Origin: Clostridia bacterium
Lineage (GTDB): Bacteria; Bacillota; Clostridia; Monoglobales; Firm-18
Length of the DNA: 64,000 nt
Direction: 5' to 3'
Assembly (NCBI GenBank): GCA_045545235.1
Contig: JAZQAN010000017.1
Span: forward strand, 1,200 to 65,199
Below, piece by piece: positions 10,406 through 19,793 of this stretch. The notes under the pieces are model-generated. The model did not search any database and was not told where the DNA came from. It was given only the letters and a program-made list of their open reading frames with translations. Numbering within the stretch: position 1 is the first letter of the stretch; each line of letters starts with the position of its first letter. Position numbers and translations under genes: made by a program.

Positions 10406-11277
10406 AACAGTATAAAAAATATATTATGGACAAAAACATAAGGGTATATCGTCAAAAAGGTTATCAACAGCCACCTCACCTGCACGATTTTTTAGAATTT
10501 GTTTACATAATAAACGGCAAATATGTCCATATTGTAGACAACGTTGAATATGCTGTTTCAAAAGGTGATTTGGTTATAATAAATTATAATCAATTCCACA
10601 GCTTCAGCAGTGATAAAAACTCTGAACACTTCAACATTCTTATAAAGCCTGAATTTGTGGATACACAAATCAAAAACCGTGACGACGTATTTGCACTTTT
10701 AGATGTTTCGGGATACGAAAGCTTTAAAAATCTTGTAGATAAGGGAAAACGCACAGTAACCTTTTCTCCCGAAGAAAGAAAACGCTTTGAATCTATAATG
10801 TTTCTTTTGGAAAAGGAACTGCAAAATCAGGATTCGGGATACGAAATCACGACACGTTCCTGCACAAACCTTATGCTTACAATGATATTTCGTAAAATGT
10901 CCCAAAAGGCTACTTATTCAGAAAATATAATAAACAACGAAATTCTCCACTACATAAAAGAGCATTGTGATGAAAAGCTTACTATTGAAATGTTTTCCGC
11001 AAAAGGGCACTACAATCCATCATATTTCAGCAGATCCTTTAAAAAATACACCGGAGTAACCTTTACCGAATATTTAAAGCAAGCACGTATGAGCCGTGCG
11101 TGCGAGCTGATTTTAAATACAAAAAATAAAATTGACGATATATATACAAAGGTAGGCTATACTGACAAAACCAAGTTCTTTAAGCATTTTAAAGAATACA
11201 CAAACACTACTCCCTTAAAGTATAGAAAAAGTCAAAATCAAATACTTTTTGATGTCATAAAACACCCTTTTATTTAA
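10402..11277 (+). CDS. AraC family transcriptional regulator
   Basis: Cupin HLHDFLE and C-terminal HTH (YFSRSFKK, VGY, TPLKYRK). ATGA overlap with the GDPD gene. Confidence 0.92.
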   Translation: MKQYKKYIMDKNIRVYRQKGYQQPPHLHDFLEFVYIINGKYVHIVDNVEYAVSKGDLVIINYNQFHSFSSDKNSEHFNILIKPEFVDTQIKNRDDVFALLDVSGYESFKNLVDKGKRTVTFSPEERKRFESIMFLLEKELQNQDSGYEITTRSCTNLMLTMIFRKMSQKATYSENIINNEILHYIKEHCDEKLTIEMFSAKGHYNPSYFSRSFKKYTGVTFTEYLKQARMSRACELILNTKNKIDDIYTKVGYTDKTKFFKHFKEYTNTTPLKYRKSQNQILFDVIKHPFI

Positions 11278-11330
11278 TAATTTTGTATATTACTATGAAA
11301 TCATAAAAAAATAGAAAGGGTGTTTTTCTT

Positions 11331-12812
11331 ATGTTAAGAAGTATCAAACTAAACAGAAAAGAACTTGAAGACAAAATCTATGCCTGCTGGTTAGGTAAAA
11401 ATATCGGCGGTACAATGGGAGGACCTTACGAGGGTGATCCCAACATACTTGATATTCAGGGCTTTATCTCCCAAAAGGGAGAACCACTCCCAAACGATGA
11501 TCTTGATTTGCAGTTGGTATGGCTTCGTGCTATGCAGCATGTTGGTCCTGCTGCACTTAATTCAAATATACTTGCTGAATACTGGATGACAATGATTACT
11601 CCTCACTGGAACGAATACGGTATTGGCAAGTCAAATATCCGTCAGGGTATGCTTGCACCAATGTGTGGTGAAGTAAACAACGATGTATGGAAACATTCCA
11701 ACGGTGCATGGATTCGTTCTGAAATTTGGGCTTGTCTTGCTCCGGGATTCCCGAACATTGCCCTTAAATATGCTATAATGGATGCAACAATTGACCACGG
11801 ACACGGCGAAGGTACTTATGCAGAAATATTTACTGCATCATTGGAAAGTATGGCATTTGTCGAAAATGACATAAGAAAGCTTATAGATATGGCACTTTCC
11901 TATATCCCGACAGACTGTCAGGTTGCACAGTGCGTAAGAAAGGTGATTGAAGAATATGACAAGGGCACAGACTATCGTGAAGTACGTCAGATGCTTGTTA
12001 AAATGACTGAAAATTTGGGTATGTTCCAAGCTCCTGCAAATATCGGATATGTTGTAATCGGTCTGATGTATGGTGAAGGAGACTTTAAAAAGTCTATGAT
12101 TTACGCTATCAACTGTGGGGACGATACAGACTGCACAGGTGCTACCATTGGTTCAATTATGGGTATTATGGGCGGCACTGCAATAATTCCTAAGGACTGG
12201 CAGGAATATATCGGAGACAGAATTATGCAAATCTGCATAAACGGTTCATACAGATACGCAAACCCCGGCACTTGCACTAAACTTACAGAATGGGTTATGC
12301 AGACAATTCCGTCAGTTTTATTTGCAAACGAAATTTATATGGAATACACAGACGGCGAAACAGTTTACGAAGATGAAAAAGGAAATGTACGGGATAAGGA
12401 GTGGGCACTTAACTACATAAATTCTTATGATGAAGCCCCTGCAAAGGTGTTTGATTACTCTCCATATTCATTTTCTGTACCAAACAATATTTCCGGTGAA
12501 GTAACAATTGATTTTGAAAAGCTTCCGAAAATCAAAGCCGGTGAACAGCTTACCTTTAAATATACAGTAAGAAACGTATTAAGAGAATCCTACAATGCAG
12601 ATGTACAGCTTTTCCTTCCGGAAGGTTGGACAGCAGAATATGACCACACTGTATATATAGACAAAGAGACAAGACACACAAGCAGATTTTCCACGTACAA
12701 AGTTACGGTTACAGCAGGTGAAAAAGTTGCTTCAAAGAATAAATTGATTTTAAGCATTTCGTCACCTTCACGTGCTTTGGAATATGCTATTCCTGTTAAT
12801 ATTTTAGGTTAA
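11331..12812 (+). CDS. ADP-ribosylglycohydrolase family protein with C-terminal Ig-like domain
   Basis: GGPYEG, PNDDLD, GAWIRSE and GDDTDCTGA motifs; C-terminal beta domain containing LPEGW. Confidence 0.87.
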   Translation: MLRSIKLNRKELEDKIYACWLGKNIGGTMGGPYEGDPNILDIQGFISQKGEPLPNDDLDLQLVWLRAMQHVGPAALNSNILAEYWMTMITPHWNEYGIGKSNIRQGMLAPMCGEVNNDVWKHSNGAWIRSEIWACLAPGFPNIALKYAIMDATIDHGHGEGTYAEIFTASLESMAFVENDIRKLIDMALSYIPTDCQVAQCVRKVIEEYDKGTDYREVRQMLVKMTENLGMFQAPANIGYVVIGLMYGEGDFKKSMIYAINCGDDTDCTGATIGSIMGIMGGTAIIPKDWQEYIGDRIMQICINGSYRYANPGTCTKLTEWVMQTIPSVLFANEIYMEYTDGETVYEDEKGNVRDKEWALNYINSYDEAPAKVFDYSPYSFSVPNNISGEVTIDFEKLPKIKAGEQLTFKYTVRNVLRESYNADVQLFLPEGWTAEYDHTVYIDKETRHTSRFSTYKVTVTAGEKVASKNKLILSISSPSRALEYAIPVNILG

Positions 12813-12817
12813 AAAAC

Positions 12818-12853
12818 GGCGTGCAGCAAAATAACTTTCATTTGCTGCACGCC
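12818..12853. terminator. bidirectional intrinsic terminator
   Basis: GGCGTGCAGCAAA...TTTGCTGCACGCC with flanking A and T runs, between convergent genes. Confidence 0.88.
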
Positions 12854-12873
12854 ACATTTTTTAAATATTCATT

Positions 12874-14685
12874 TTATAGAGCTTTTAACCATACAAGCAT
12901 ATTGCTTTCGCCTCTGTTTGCATAACAATTGTAAGGAATAAGGTTGATTTTTATATCTTCAAATTCAGGCTCACAGCTACAGTACAAGCATTCACATTCT
13001 TTTAGCTTGTATCCTTTAACCGTAATTTTGTTAAGTCCATATTCATCACAATATTTTACATCAGCATCAATATTTTTATCAATGTATAGTGAATAAAGAT
13101 TTTCTATATTATCAACTGATTCTGCACAGTAAACAACAGGACCGTACATAAGTGCAACCTTGCCTATATTGCTTGCAAGATTTGAAGATGCTCGCATAAG
13201 AACAGGTTTCATAACAAATTCAATTACAACGTCTTTTGGATTTTCAATAGCAATATATCTATCCTTAGCAACAAAGTCGCAATTTACTTTGAATTCTTCA
13301 CACCATGCCGGAATTCTGATCATTACTTTTTTTGCATTTGCAAATGAAAACTCAACCTTACCGTTTACAGGATAATTTGTTTTCTGTGTAATTTTAATGC
13401 CATCAAAATCTGCTTCACTTGACATAAACTGATTAACATAAACAACATCACCATCAACGGCATAAATATATTCGTTAACAGTAGCAAGTGTTCTGTTTAT
13501 ATTCGGAGGACAGCATGAACAATCAAAAACCGCTTTGCGTTGTGTAATAGGAAATCTTTCAATCTCATCAGGTGATGCCGAATGGTGTCTTGAATGATTT
13601 TTAAGATTTATCTCCAATGGATTTTCATAGAAAAACGCCTTTCCGTCAAGTGATAAACCCGCAAGCATACCATTGTAAAGCTCTTTTTCAATAATATCTG
13701 CATAAATAGCCTTGTTTTCAAGTTTCATCATACTCTTGGCAAAAAGTATCATAGCAATTGAAGCACAGGTTTCATTATACGCAGTTTCATCAGGCAAATC
13801 ATAAGGCAAAGTAAAAGCTTCCCCTATATGAGTAGAACCTATTCCCCCTGTTATGTACATTTTTTTATTTGTAATATCATAAAACAAATCACGGCAGGCA
13901 TCTGCAAGCTCACTGTCGTTTTTTTCATATGCCATATCTGCCATAGCTTTGTACCAATAACAAGCACGTACGCCATGCCCCATAGCTTCTCTCTGCTTTC
14001 TTGCAGGAACATGAGCTTGTATATACTTATCACTACGAAACATTACGCCCTTATCCTTTGTATTGTTTCCTCTTTGTTCAACAAAAAACTCTGCCAAATC
14101 AAGGTATTTTCGGTTCTTTGTTGTATGGTACAATTTCACAAGTGCAAGTTCTATCTCCTGATGACCCGGTGTCACAAAATCTGCAGACCCATCTTCAACA
14201 AAAATCTTGTAAATATAATCTGCATATTTTTCCATGCATTTTAAAAATCTGTCCTTACCCGTAGCCTTAAAATATGCAACGGCCGCCTCCATAAGATGTC
14301 CTGCACAATAAAGCTCGTGCATACTTCTTTCAGTAAACCTCTTTTTGGGTTCACATACTGTATAGTAAATATTAAAATAACCATCTTCTCCCTGATTTTT
14401 TTCAATACAATCTACAAGACCTTCAACCTTTGCCTCAAGGTCTGCATCATATTTTTCTGCAATCAGATATGCCGCAGCCTCCATCCATTTTGCAACATCA
14501 GAATCCCAGAAATGATGAGGCTTGTTATCCATTCCCTCTTTCCAGTCACAGGCAAATGCTGCAATTCTGCCGGTATCAGAAAATCTGTTCCATACTGCAT
14601 CCATAGTTACCGTACGGTTAAGCTTCTGTTTAGCTTTCCAGAAGCCATCTGTTATTTTAACGCCATTTCCTTCAATATATCTCAT
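12874..14685 (-). CDS. GH127 beta-L-arabinofuranosidase-like glycoside hydrolase
   Basis: WDSDVAKW, HELYCAGH, GHQEIE, YNETCAS and CSCCPPN (Zn/Cys catalytic signature); no signal peptide. Confidence 0.93.
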   Translation of the reverse strand: MRYIEGNGVKITDGFWKAKQKLNRTVTMDAVWNRFSDTGRIAAFACDWKEGMDNKPHHFWDSDVAKWMEAAAYLIAEKYDADLEAKVEGLVDCIEKNQGEDGYFNIYYTVCEPKKRFTERSMHELYCAGHLMEAAVAYFKATGKDRFLKCMEKYADYIYKIFVEDGSADFVTPGHQEIELALVKLYHTTKNRKYLDLAEFFVEQRGNNTKDKGVMFRSDKYIQAHVPARKQREAMGHGVRACYWYKAMADMAYEKNDSELADACRDLFYDITNKKMYITGGIGSTHIGEAFTLPYDLPDETAYNETCASIAMILFAKSMMKLENKAIYADIIEKELYNGMLAGLSLDGKAFFYENPLEINLKNHSRHHSASPDEIERFPITQRKAVFDCSCCPPNINRTLATVNEYIYAVDGDVVYVNQFMSSEADFDGIKITQKTNYPVNGKVEFSFANAKKVMIRIPAWCEEFKVNCDFVAKDRYIAIENPKDVVIEFVMKPVLMRASSNLASNIGKVALMYGPVVYCAESVDNIENLYSLYIDKNIDADVKYCDEYGLNKITVKGYKLKECECLYCSCEPEFEDIKINLIPYNCYANRGESNMLVWLKAL

Positions 14686-14742
14686 TACATATCACCTCAA
14701 TTTGATTATATCACTGTATTTATATAAATTACAGTGCATATT

Positions 14743-14783
14743 TCACACAAAACATTGACAATATCACACAAAACTATTATAAT
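14743..14783 (+). promoter_or_regulatory. sigma-A promoter overlapped by a 21-bp-spaced direct repeat (probable AraC operator)
   Basis: TTGACA (14755-60), 17 nt, TATAAT (14778-83). TCACACAAAAC occurs at 14743 and 14764. Confidence 0.75.
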
Positions 14784-14799
14784 TTCAACTGGTGATAAT

Positions 14800-15558
14800 A
14801 TGAAAGGTATAAATTTAAATAAACCAATAACTTACAAAACAGCATCCCTTCGTTTTTTTAATAAAAACGAAAGTCATATAAGCAGATTTTGCACAGATGA
14901 CATTCTTCTTATGGTATTTGAAGGTGTACTTCGTTTTTCCGAAGACGGTAAGGAAACAGAAGTTTCCAAAGGTGAATATTACATTCAGCGTGCCAATTGC
15001 AATCAGGAAGGGCATATACCAAGTACGTCACCAAAATATCTATACATACACTTTAAAGGAATGTGGCATGATGAAGAATGTTGCCTGCCTCAAAGGGGAA
15101 CCTTTAACATTTCGGCATTTAAAGATATGATGATTGAAATGGATGCACTTTCTCACGGTGATTTTACCTATACTCAAAAATGTGCGAAATTTTATGAAAT
15201 ACTTTCTGCACTTAATAACAAGCCCGAAAAAATAAACATTGCAAATAAAATTGCAATGTTTATAGAAAATGAAGACTTAACCAAAATGACATTGGAAACA
15301 ATCTGTAATAAATTTAATTTCACGAAAAATCACATAATCAATATTTTCAAAAAGGAATACGGAATAACTCCGATAAACTATATGAATTCCGTAAAGCTAA
15401 AACGTGCAAAATACCTTTTGAGGGTAACTTCGGACACCGCCGAAAGTATTGCCGTAAAAAGCGGTTTTAACGACTACTCCCACTTCTATAAGCTTTTTCG
15501 CAAGGAAAACGGAATTTCTCCCAAAGAATGGAGAAATATAATGAGATATGAAAGCTAA
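14800..15558 (+). CDS. AraC family transcriptional regulator
   Basis: C-terminal HTH SGFNDYSHFYKLFRKENGISPKEWR; divergent from GH127. ATG follows GGTGA. Confidence 0.92.
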   Translation: MKGINLNKPITYKTASLRFFNKNESHISRFCTDDILLMVFEGVLRFSEDGKETEVSKGEYYIQRANCNQEGHIPSTSPKYLYIHFKGMWHDEECCLPQRGTFNISAFKDMMIEMDALSHGDFTYTQKCAKFYEILSALNNKPEKINIANKIAMFIENEDLTKMTLETICNKFNFTKNHIINIFKKEYGITPINYMNSVKLKRAKYLLRVTSDTAESIAVKSGFNDYSHFYKLFRKENGISPKEWRNIMRYES

Positions 15559-15649
15559 TAAATATTTTTACATTTATATATTTTTGCGCTCTGCGCTGTT
15601 TTCACATCCCAAAAGGGGATAGGAAAAATTGTTCGCTGTAAAAAAGCAT

Positions 15650-15683
15650 AAAAAAGGAAGAAATGCATCGCATTTCCTCCTTC
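15650..15683 (-). terminator. intrinsic terminator after nfnB
   Basis: Minus-strand AAGGAGGAAATGC-gat-GCATTTCTTCCTT followed by a T run. Confidence 0.75.
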
Positions 15684-15694
15684 GCTATTAACTA

Positions 15695-17083
15695 TTAATT
15701 ATTAACTTTATCATCAATAGCCTTAGCCGCCGCCTTACCTGCACCCATAGCAAGTATAACTGTTGCTGCACCTGTTACGGCATCACCGCCTGCATACACA
15801 TTTTCACGTGATGTAAGGCCTGTTTCTTCATCGGCAATAATACCGCCCCATTTTTGTGTATCAAGACCTGCAGTTGTAGACTTAATAAGTGGGTTAGGTG
15901 ATGTACCTATAGACATAATTACACAATCTACATCTATTGTAAATTCTGAATTTTCCTTTACAACAGGACGTCTTCTGCCTGATGCATCAGGTTCGCCAAG
16001 TTCCATTTCAACGCACTTAATGCCTGAAACAAAGCCGTCGTCATTGCCAAGAATTTCTGTTGGGTTTGTAAGAAGCTTAAAGATAATACCCTCTTCCTCT
16101 GCGTGTTCAACTTCTTCCGCACGTGCAGGAAGTTCGTCAGCACCTCTTCTGTAAACTATATAAACTTCTTCTGCCCCAAGTCGTTTTGCACTTCTTGCAG
16201 CATCCATAGCAACATTACCGCCGCCTACAACCGCAACCTTTTTAGCTTTGTAAACAGGGGTTGAGCTACCTTCTTTATATGCTTTCATAAGGTTAACACG
16301 TGTTAAAAATTCGTTTGCAGAATATACGCCCTTTAAATTTTCACCGGGAATATTCATAAATCTCGGCAACCCTGCACCTGTACCTATGTAAACATATTCA
16401 AAACCGTATTCTTCCATAAGCTCGTCAATTGAAAGAACTTTACCGATAACCATATTAGTTTCAACCTTTACGCCCAAAGCTTTAAGGTTGTCAATTTCTT
16501 TTTGAACAATAGCCTTTGGCAATCTGAATTCAGGAATACCATAAACCAAAACACCGCCTGCTACATGGAATGCTTCAAAAACAGTTACATCATATCCCTT
16601 TTTAGCAAGGTCACCTGCACAGGTAAGACCCGATGGACCTGAACCTATAACTGCAACCTTATGTCCGTTTGAAGGAACTTTTTCGGGAGCAGCTGTAGCA
16701 TTTGCCATATGCCAGTCTGCCACAAATCTTTCAAGACGACCTATTGCAACAGGCTCGCCCTTTATTCCCCTTACGCATTTACCTTCACACTGTGATTCCT
16801 GTGGGCAAACACGGCCGCAAACTGCAGGCAGAGAGCTTGATTTTGTAATAATTTTATAAGCCGCTTCAAAGTCACCCTTTGCAACTTCCTGTATAAATGC
16901 AGGTATATCAATCTGTACAGGGCATCCCGTAACACATGGTTTATTTTTACAATTAAGGCATCTTTGAGCTTCATCAATTGCCTGTTCTTCAGTATAACCA
17001 AGAGCAACCTCAAGGAAGTTTTTATTTCTCACATCAGGTGCCTGAGAAGGCATCTCATTCTTTTTAAGTGACATATTAGGCAT
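15695..17083 (-). CDS. nfnB: NADH-dependent reduced ferredoxin:NADP+ oxidoreductase large subunit (often annotated GltA/GltD-like)
   Basis: RCLNC..PC..GCP, CGRVCPQE..C, GSGPSG, YGIPEFRL, GGGNVAMD and AGGD motifs; paired with an nfnA-type gene. Confidence 0.85.
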   Translation of the reverse strand: MPNMSLKKNEMPSQAPDVRNKNFLEVALGYTEEQAIDEAQRCLNCKNKPCVTGCPVQIDIPAFIQEVAKGDFEAAYKIITKSSSLPAVCGRVCPQESQCEGKCVRGIKGEPVAIGRLERFVADWHMANATAAPEKVPSNGHKVAVIGSGPSGLTCAGDLAKKGYDVTVFEAFHVAGGVLVYGIPEFRLPKAIVQKEIDNLKALGVKVETNMVIGKVLSIDELMEEYGFEYVYIGTGAGLPRFMNIPGENLKGVYSANEFLTRVNLMKAYKEGSSTPVYKAKKVAVVGGGNVAMDAARSAKRLGAEEVYIVYRRGADELPARAEEVEHAEEEGIIFKLLTNPTEILGNDDGFVSGIKCVEMELGEPDASGRRRPVVKENSEFTIDVDCVIMSIGTSPNPLIKSTTAGLDTQKWGGIIADEETGLTSRENVYAGGDAVTGAATVILAMGAGKAAAKAIDDKVNN

Positions 17084-17084
17084 A

Positions 17085-17927
17085 TTACTCAACCTCCTTT
17101 TTAAACAAATTGCAAGCTTCATCATGTGCGTGTCTTTCAAAATCTCTGTACATTGAGGAACGCTTCATTGCCTCGTCAAAATCTACAAGATGACCGTCAA
17201 ATTCAGGACCGTCAACGCAGGCAAATTTAACTTCGCCACCAACAGTAAGTCTGCATCCTCCGCACATACCTGTACCGTCAATCATAACAGGGTTCATACT
17301 TACAACTGTTTTAATTCCATATTCCTTGGTAAGAAGGCATACAAATTTCATCATAATAACAGGACCTATAACAATAACCTCGTCATATTCATTGCCTGCT
17401 TCTATAAGTGTCTTAAGTGCATCTGTAACAAGCCCTTTTTCACCGTGGCTTCCGTCATCTGTCATCATACGAAGTTCACTGCTTACTGCCTTGAATTCAT
17501 CTTCCAAAATAACAAGGTCTTTGTTTCTGAAACCTACTACGGAATGAACTTCACAACCAAGCTGGTGAAGTTTTTTTGCAACCGGGAATGCAATTGCACA
17601 ACCAACACCGCCGCCAACTACCGCAACCTTTTTAAGACCTTCGGTTTCTGTCTTTTTACCTAAAGGACCAACAAAGTCGCTTATGAATTCACCTTCGTTT
17701 TTATAATTTAGTTTTTCTGTTGTAGCACCAACAATCTGGAATATAATTGTTACTGTGCCTGCCTCACGGTCATAATCTGCAATGGTAAGAGGAATTCTTT
17801 CACCATCTTCATCTACTCGTAAAATTATAAACTGACCGGGTTCAGCCTTTTTAGCAACCAATGGTGCTTCAATATCCATAAGTGTAACTGTTGGATTAAG
17901 CACTTTTTTTCTTATAATTTTATACAC
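17085..17927 (-). CDS. nfnA: NfnA small subunit (PyrK/SudB-like FAD and [2Fe-2S] protein)
   Basis: PGQF, ERIPLTI, GGGVG and DGTGMCGGC...CVDGPEF motifs. GTG start follows GGAGGA. Confidence 0.87.
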   Translation of the reverse strand: MYKIIRKKVLNPTVTLMDIEAPLVAKKAEPGQFIILRVDEDGERIPLTIADYDREAGTVTIIFQIVGATTEKLNYKNEGEFISDFVGPLGKKTETEGLKKVAVVGGGVGCAIAFPVAKKLHQLGCEVHSVVGFRNKDLVILEDEFKAVSSELRMMTDDGSHGEKGLVTDALKTLIEAGNEYDEVIVIGPVIMMKFVCLLTKEYGIKTVVSMNPVMIDGTGMCGGCRLTVGGEVKFACVDGPEFDGHLVDFDEAMKRSSMYRDFERHAHDEACNLFKKEVE

Positions 17928-17989
17928 TGTTATTCCTCCTTGAAGGCTGTATTTTTTAAACACAACTTTCAGATTTTAATACAAATTAT

Positions 17990-18018
17990 ATTTTAACACA
18001 AAAAAGCTTTGGTTTCAA
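17990..18018 (-). promoter_or_regulatory. sigma-A promoter of nfnAB
   Basis: TTGAAA-17 nt-TAAAAT with a TG extension. Confidence 0.55.
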
Positions 18019-18043
18019 TGTTTTTTTATGATTTATTTATTGT

Positions 18044-19234
18044 TTAACAATTTATCACCGCAGTTTCGCCCAGATGATAATGTTTTCTCACACGTACAGA
18101 GTTATCACGAAGCCATCTGTTGAAATCGCAACCGCCTTCACCTAAGCACCATTGATAGGTTTGTCCCTCCAGTGTTCCCAAAAATCTCTTTTCAGAGGTG
18201 GACCACAAGCAGATTTCAGGGTCTATATATTTATATAACCCTATATCGCCACCAATAAGGCCGTGGTGAGTAACCTGCAAAACATCACTTTTAAGGTAAT
18301 CACCATAAATGTATGCCATATGGCGGCACAAATACTGCATACAATCACCCAAAAACATTACTGTTTTCCCATCATTGAAATTTACCCTCCACGCCGCACT
18401 TACATCATTTGCACTTGTATAGCTGTAGGGATAAATTGTGTCCGCAGTAAAAAGTATTTCTATTTGTGCACCCGGGAAATTATACACCTGCCCCGTATGC
18501 AGAGTATATACAATGCTATTGGGATAATAAGTTTTAATATTATTCTCCAATTCAACTATATCTTTTTTTATTTTCTGCGAATCAATATACAAAAATTTCA
18601 TTTTATCGCAATCAGGAAATTGATATGCAAAGGACGATATGTCAACACATCCGGCATATTCTTTTATAAAATCTGCAGCCAACACTATATGGTCGCAGTC
18701 AGGGTGAGTAAACATCCACATTACAACTTTTGGTTTTTCACAAGACTTGGTTTTACTCATTAAAAATTCGTAAAGTGCCTTTGTATCCTCATCGCAACAC
18801 TTGTCACCGTCTATCAAGACAAAGCTTCCGTCCGCAAGTTGCAATATATAAACCATTCCCATTGAAAGTTTGCACTGAATAACCGACGGAGTTATAACAT
18901 CACTATCCGAAACATCAATTTTTCCAACAGAGGGAAGTGGTGCATTTTTTGTTGCAACTATATGCACAATCCCCAAGGATGCCATACCAAATACAAAAAT
19001 CACTTCTTCATCTTTTATATATGTATAAAACAAGTTTTTGTTATATGATTTTTCACTTCCTGCGGAAATTTCTCTTTCTTCATATTTTGTATATCCGTTT
19101 TCTTCAAGGTTTTTTGCATAATTACTGCATTCTTCCATATTAGTGTTGTGTATGCTTATCTGTATATGGCCGGAAATAATATCCGATGCAGGCAAAGTAA
19201 GCCCTGCAACAGTTTTATATTTTGGAATATTCAT
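18044..19234 (-). CDS. MBL-fold metallo-hydrolase (ComEC/Rec2-like motifs) with extra N-terminal domain
   Basis: LIDG, THPDCDH, FLGD and DVLQVTHHG motifs; no signal peptide. Confidence 0.82.
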   Translation of the reverse strand: MNIPKYKTVAGLTLPASDIISGHIQISIHNTNMEECSNYAKNLEENGYTKYEEREISAGSEKSYNKNLFYTYIKDEEVIFVFGMASLGIVHIVATKNAPLPSVGKIDVSDSDVITPSVIQCKLSMGMVYILQLADGSFVLIDGDKCCDEDTKALYEFLMSKTKSCEKPKVVMWMFTHPDCDHIVLAADFIKEYAGCVDISSFAYQFPDCDKMKFLYIDSQKIKKDIVELENNIKTYYPNSIVYTLHTGQVYNFPGAQIEILFTADTIYPYSYTSANDVSAAWRVNFNDGKTVMFLGDCMQYLCRHMAYIYGDYLKSDVLQVTHHGLIGGDIGLYKYIDPEICLWSTSEKRFLGTLEGQTYQWCLGEGGCDFNRWLRDNSVRVRKHYHLGETAVINC

Positions 19235-19238
19235 AATA

Positions 19239-19793
19239 TCACTCCCTGAATTTTATTCCCGATTCAGTAATTATATAGTCCATTTTAATGTCCAATTCTT
19301 CCGCCGGAATATTATCGCAAAGCTGAAAATCATAGCAAAATCCAACCTTTATACCATTGGTTTTTACAAGCAGTTTGTCATAACACCCTTTGCCGAATCC
19401 TATGCGATTACCCTTTTTATCAAAAGCAATTCCCGGAACGATTATAACATCAAAATCCCGGGGCTTTGCAACCACCTTCACAGCAGGCTCCCGTACGGAA
19501 AAACCGCCCTTTGAAAACTTCGTTTGTGCCGTTGCATAGCAAGGGGTTATATCCCCGCTTGCCTCATCTGTAACGGGAAATGCAACTTTTTTACCATCCG
19601 TAAATGCACGGTTTATAATATCTGTGGTATCCGTTTCATTTCCCAAAGGCATATAAAGCATTATAGCTTTTGCATTTTTATAAAAATCACTTTCCAGAAA
19701 ACATTTGCAGGCTTTGGAACTTTTCGAAACAACTTCGGATTTTTCCATAGTCTTTCGTTTTAACTTAAATTTCTTTCGAATTTCATTTTTCAT
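19239..19793 (-). CDS. 5-formyltetrahydrofolate cyclo-ligase
   Basis: IIVPGIAFD, RIGFGKGCYD and DIKMDYIITE motifs. Confidence 0.93.
   Translation of the reverse strand: MKNEIRKKFKLKRKTMEKSEVVSKSSKACKCFLESDFYKNAKAIMLYMPLGNETDTTDIINRAFTDGKKVAFPVTDEASGDITPCYATAQTKFSKGGFSVREPAVKVVAKPRDFDVIIVPGIAFDKKGNRIGFGKGCYDKLLVKTNGIKVGFCYDFQLCDNIPAEELDIKMDYIITESGIKFRE

Noticed and set aside
15695-17083. Glutamate synthase call for nfnB
   Set aside because: No gltB large subunit is adjacent, and pairing with a PyrK-like gene is the NfnAB arrangement.
17947-17965. Possible Rex box upstream of nfnAB
   Set aside because: Too many mismatches to TTGTGAA-N4-TTCACAA, and the spacing is wrong.
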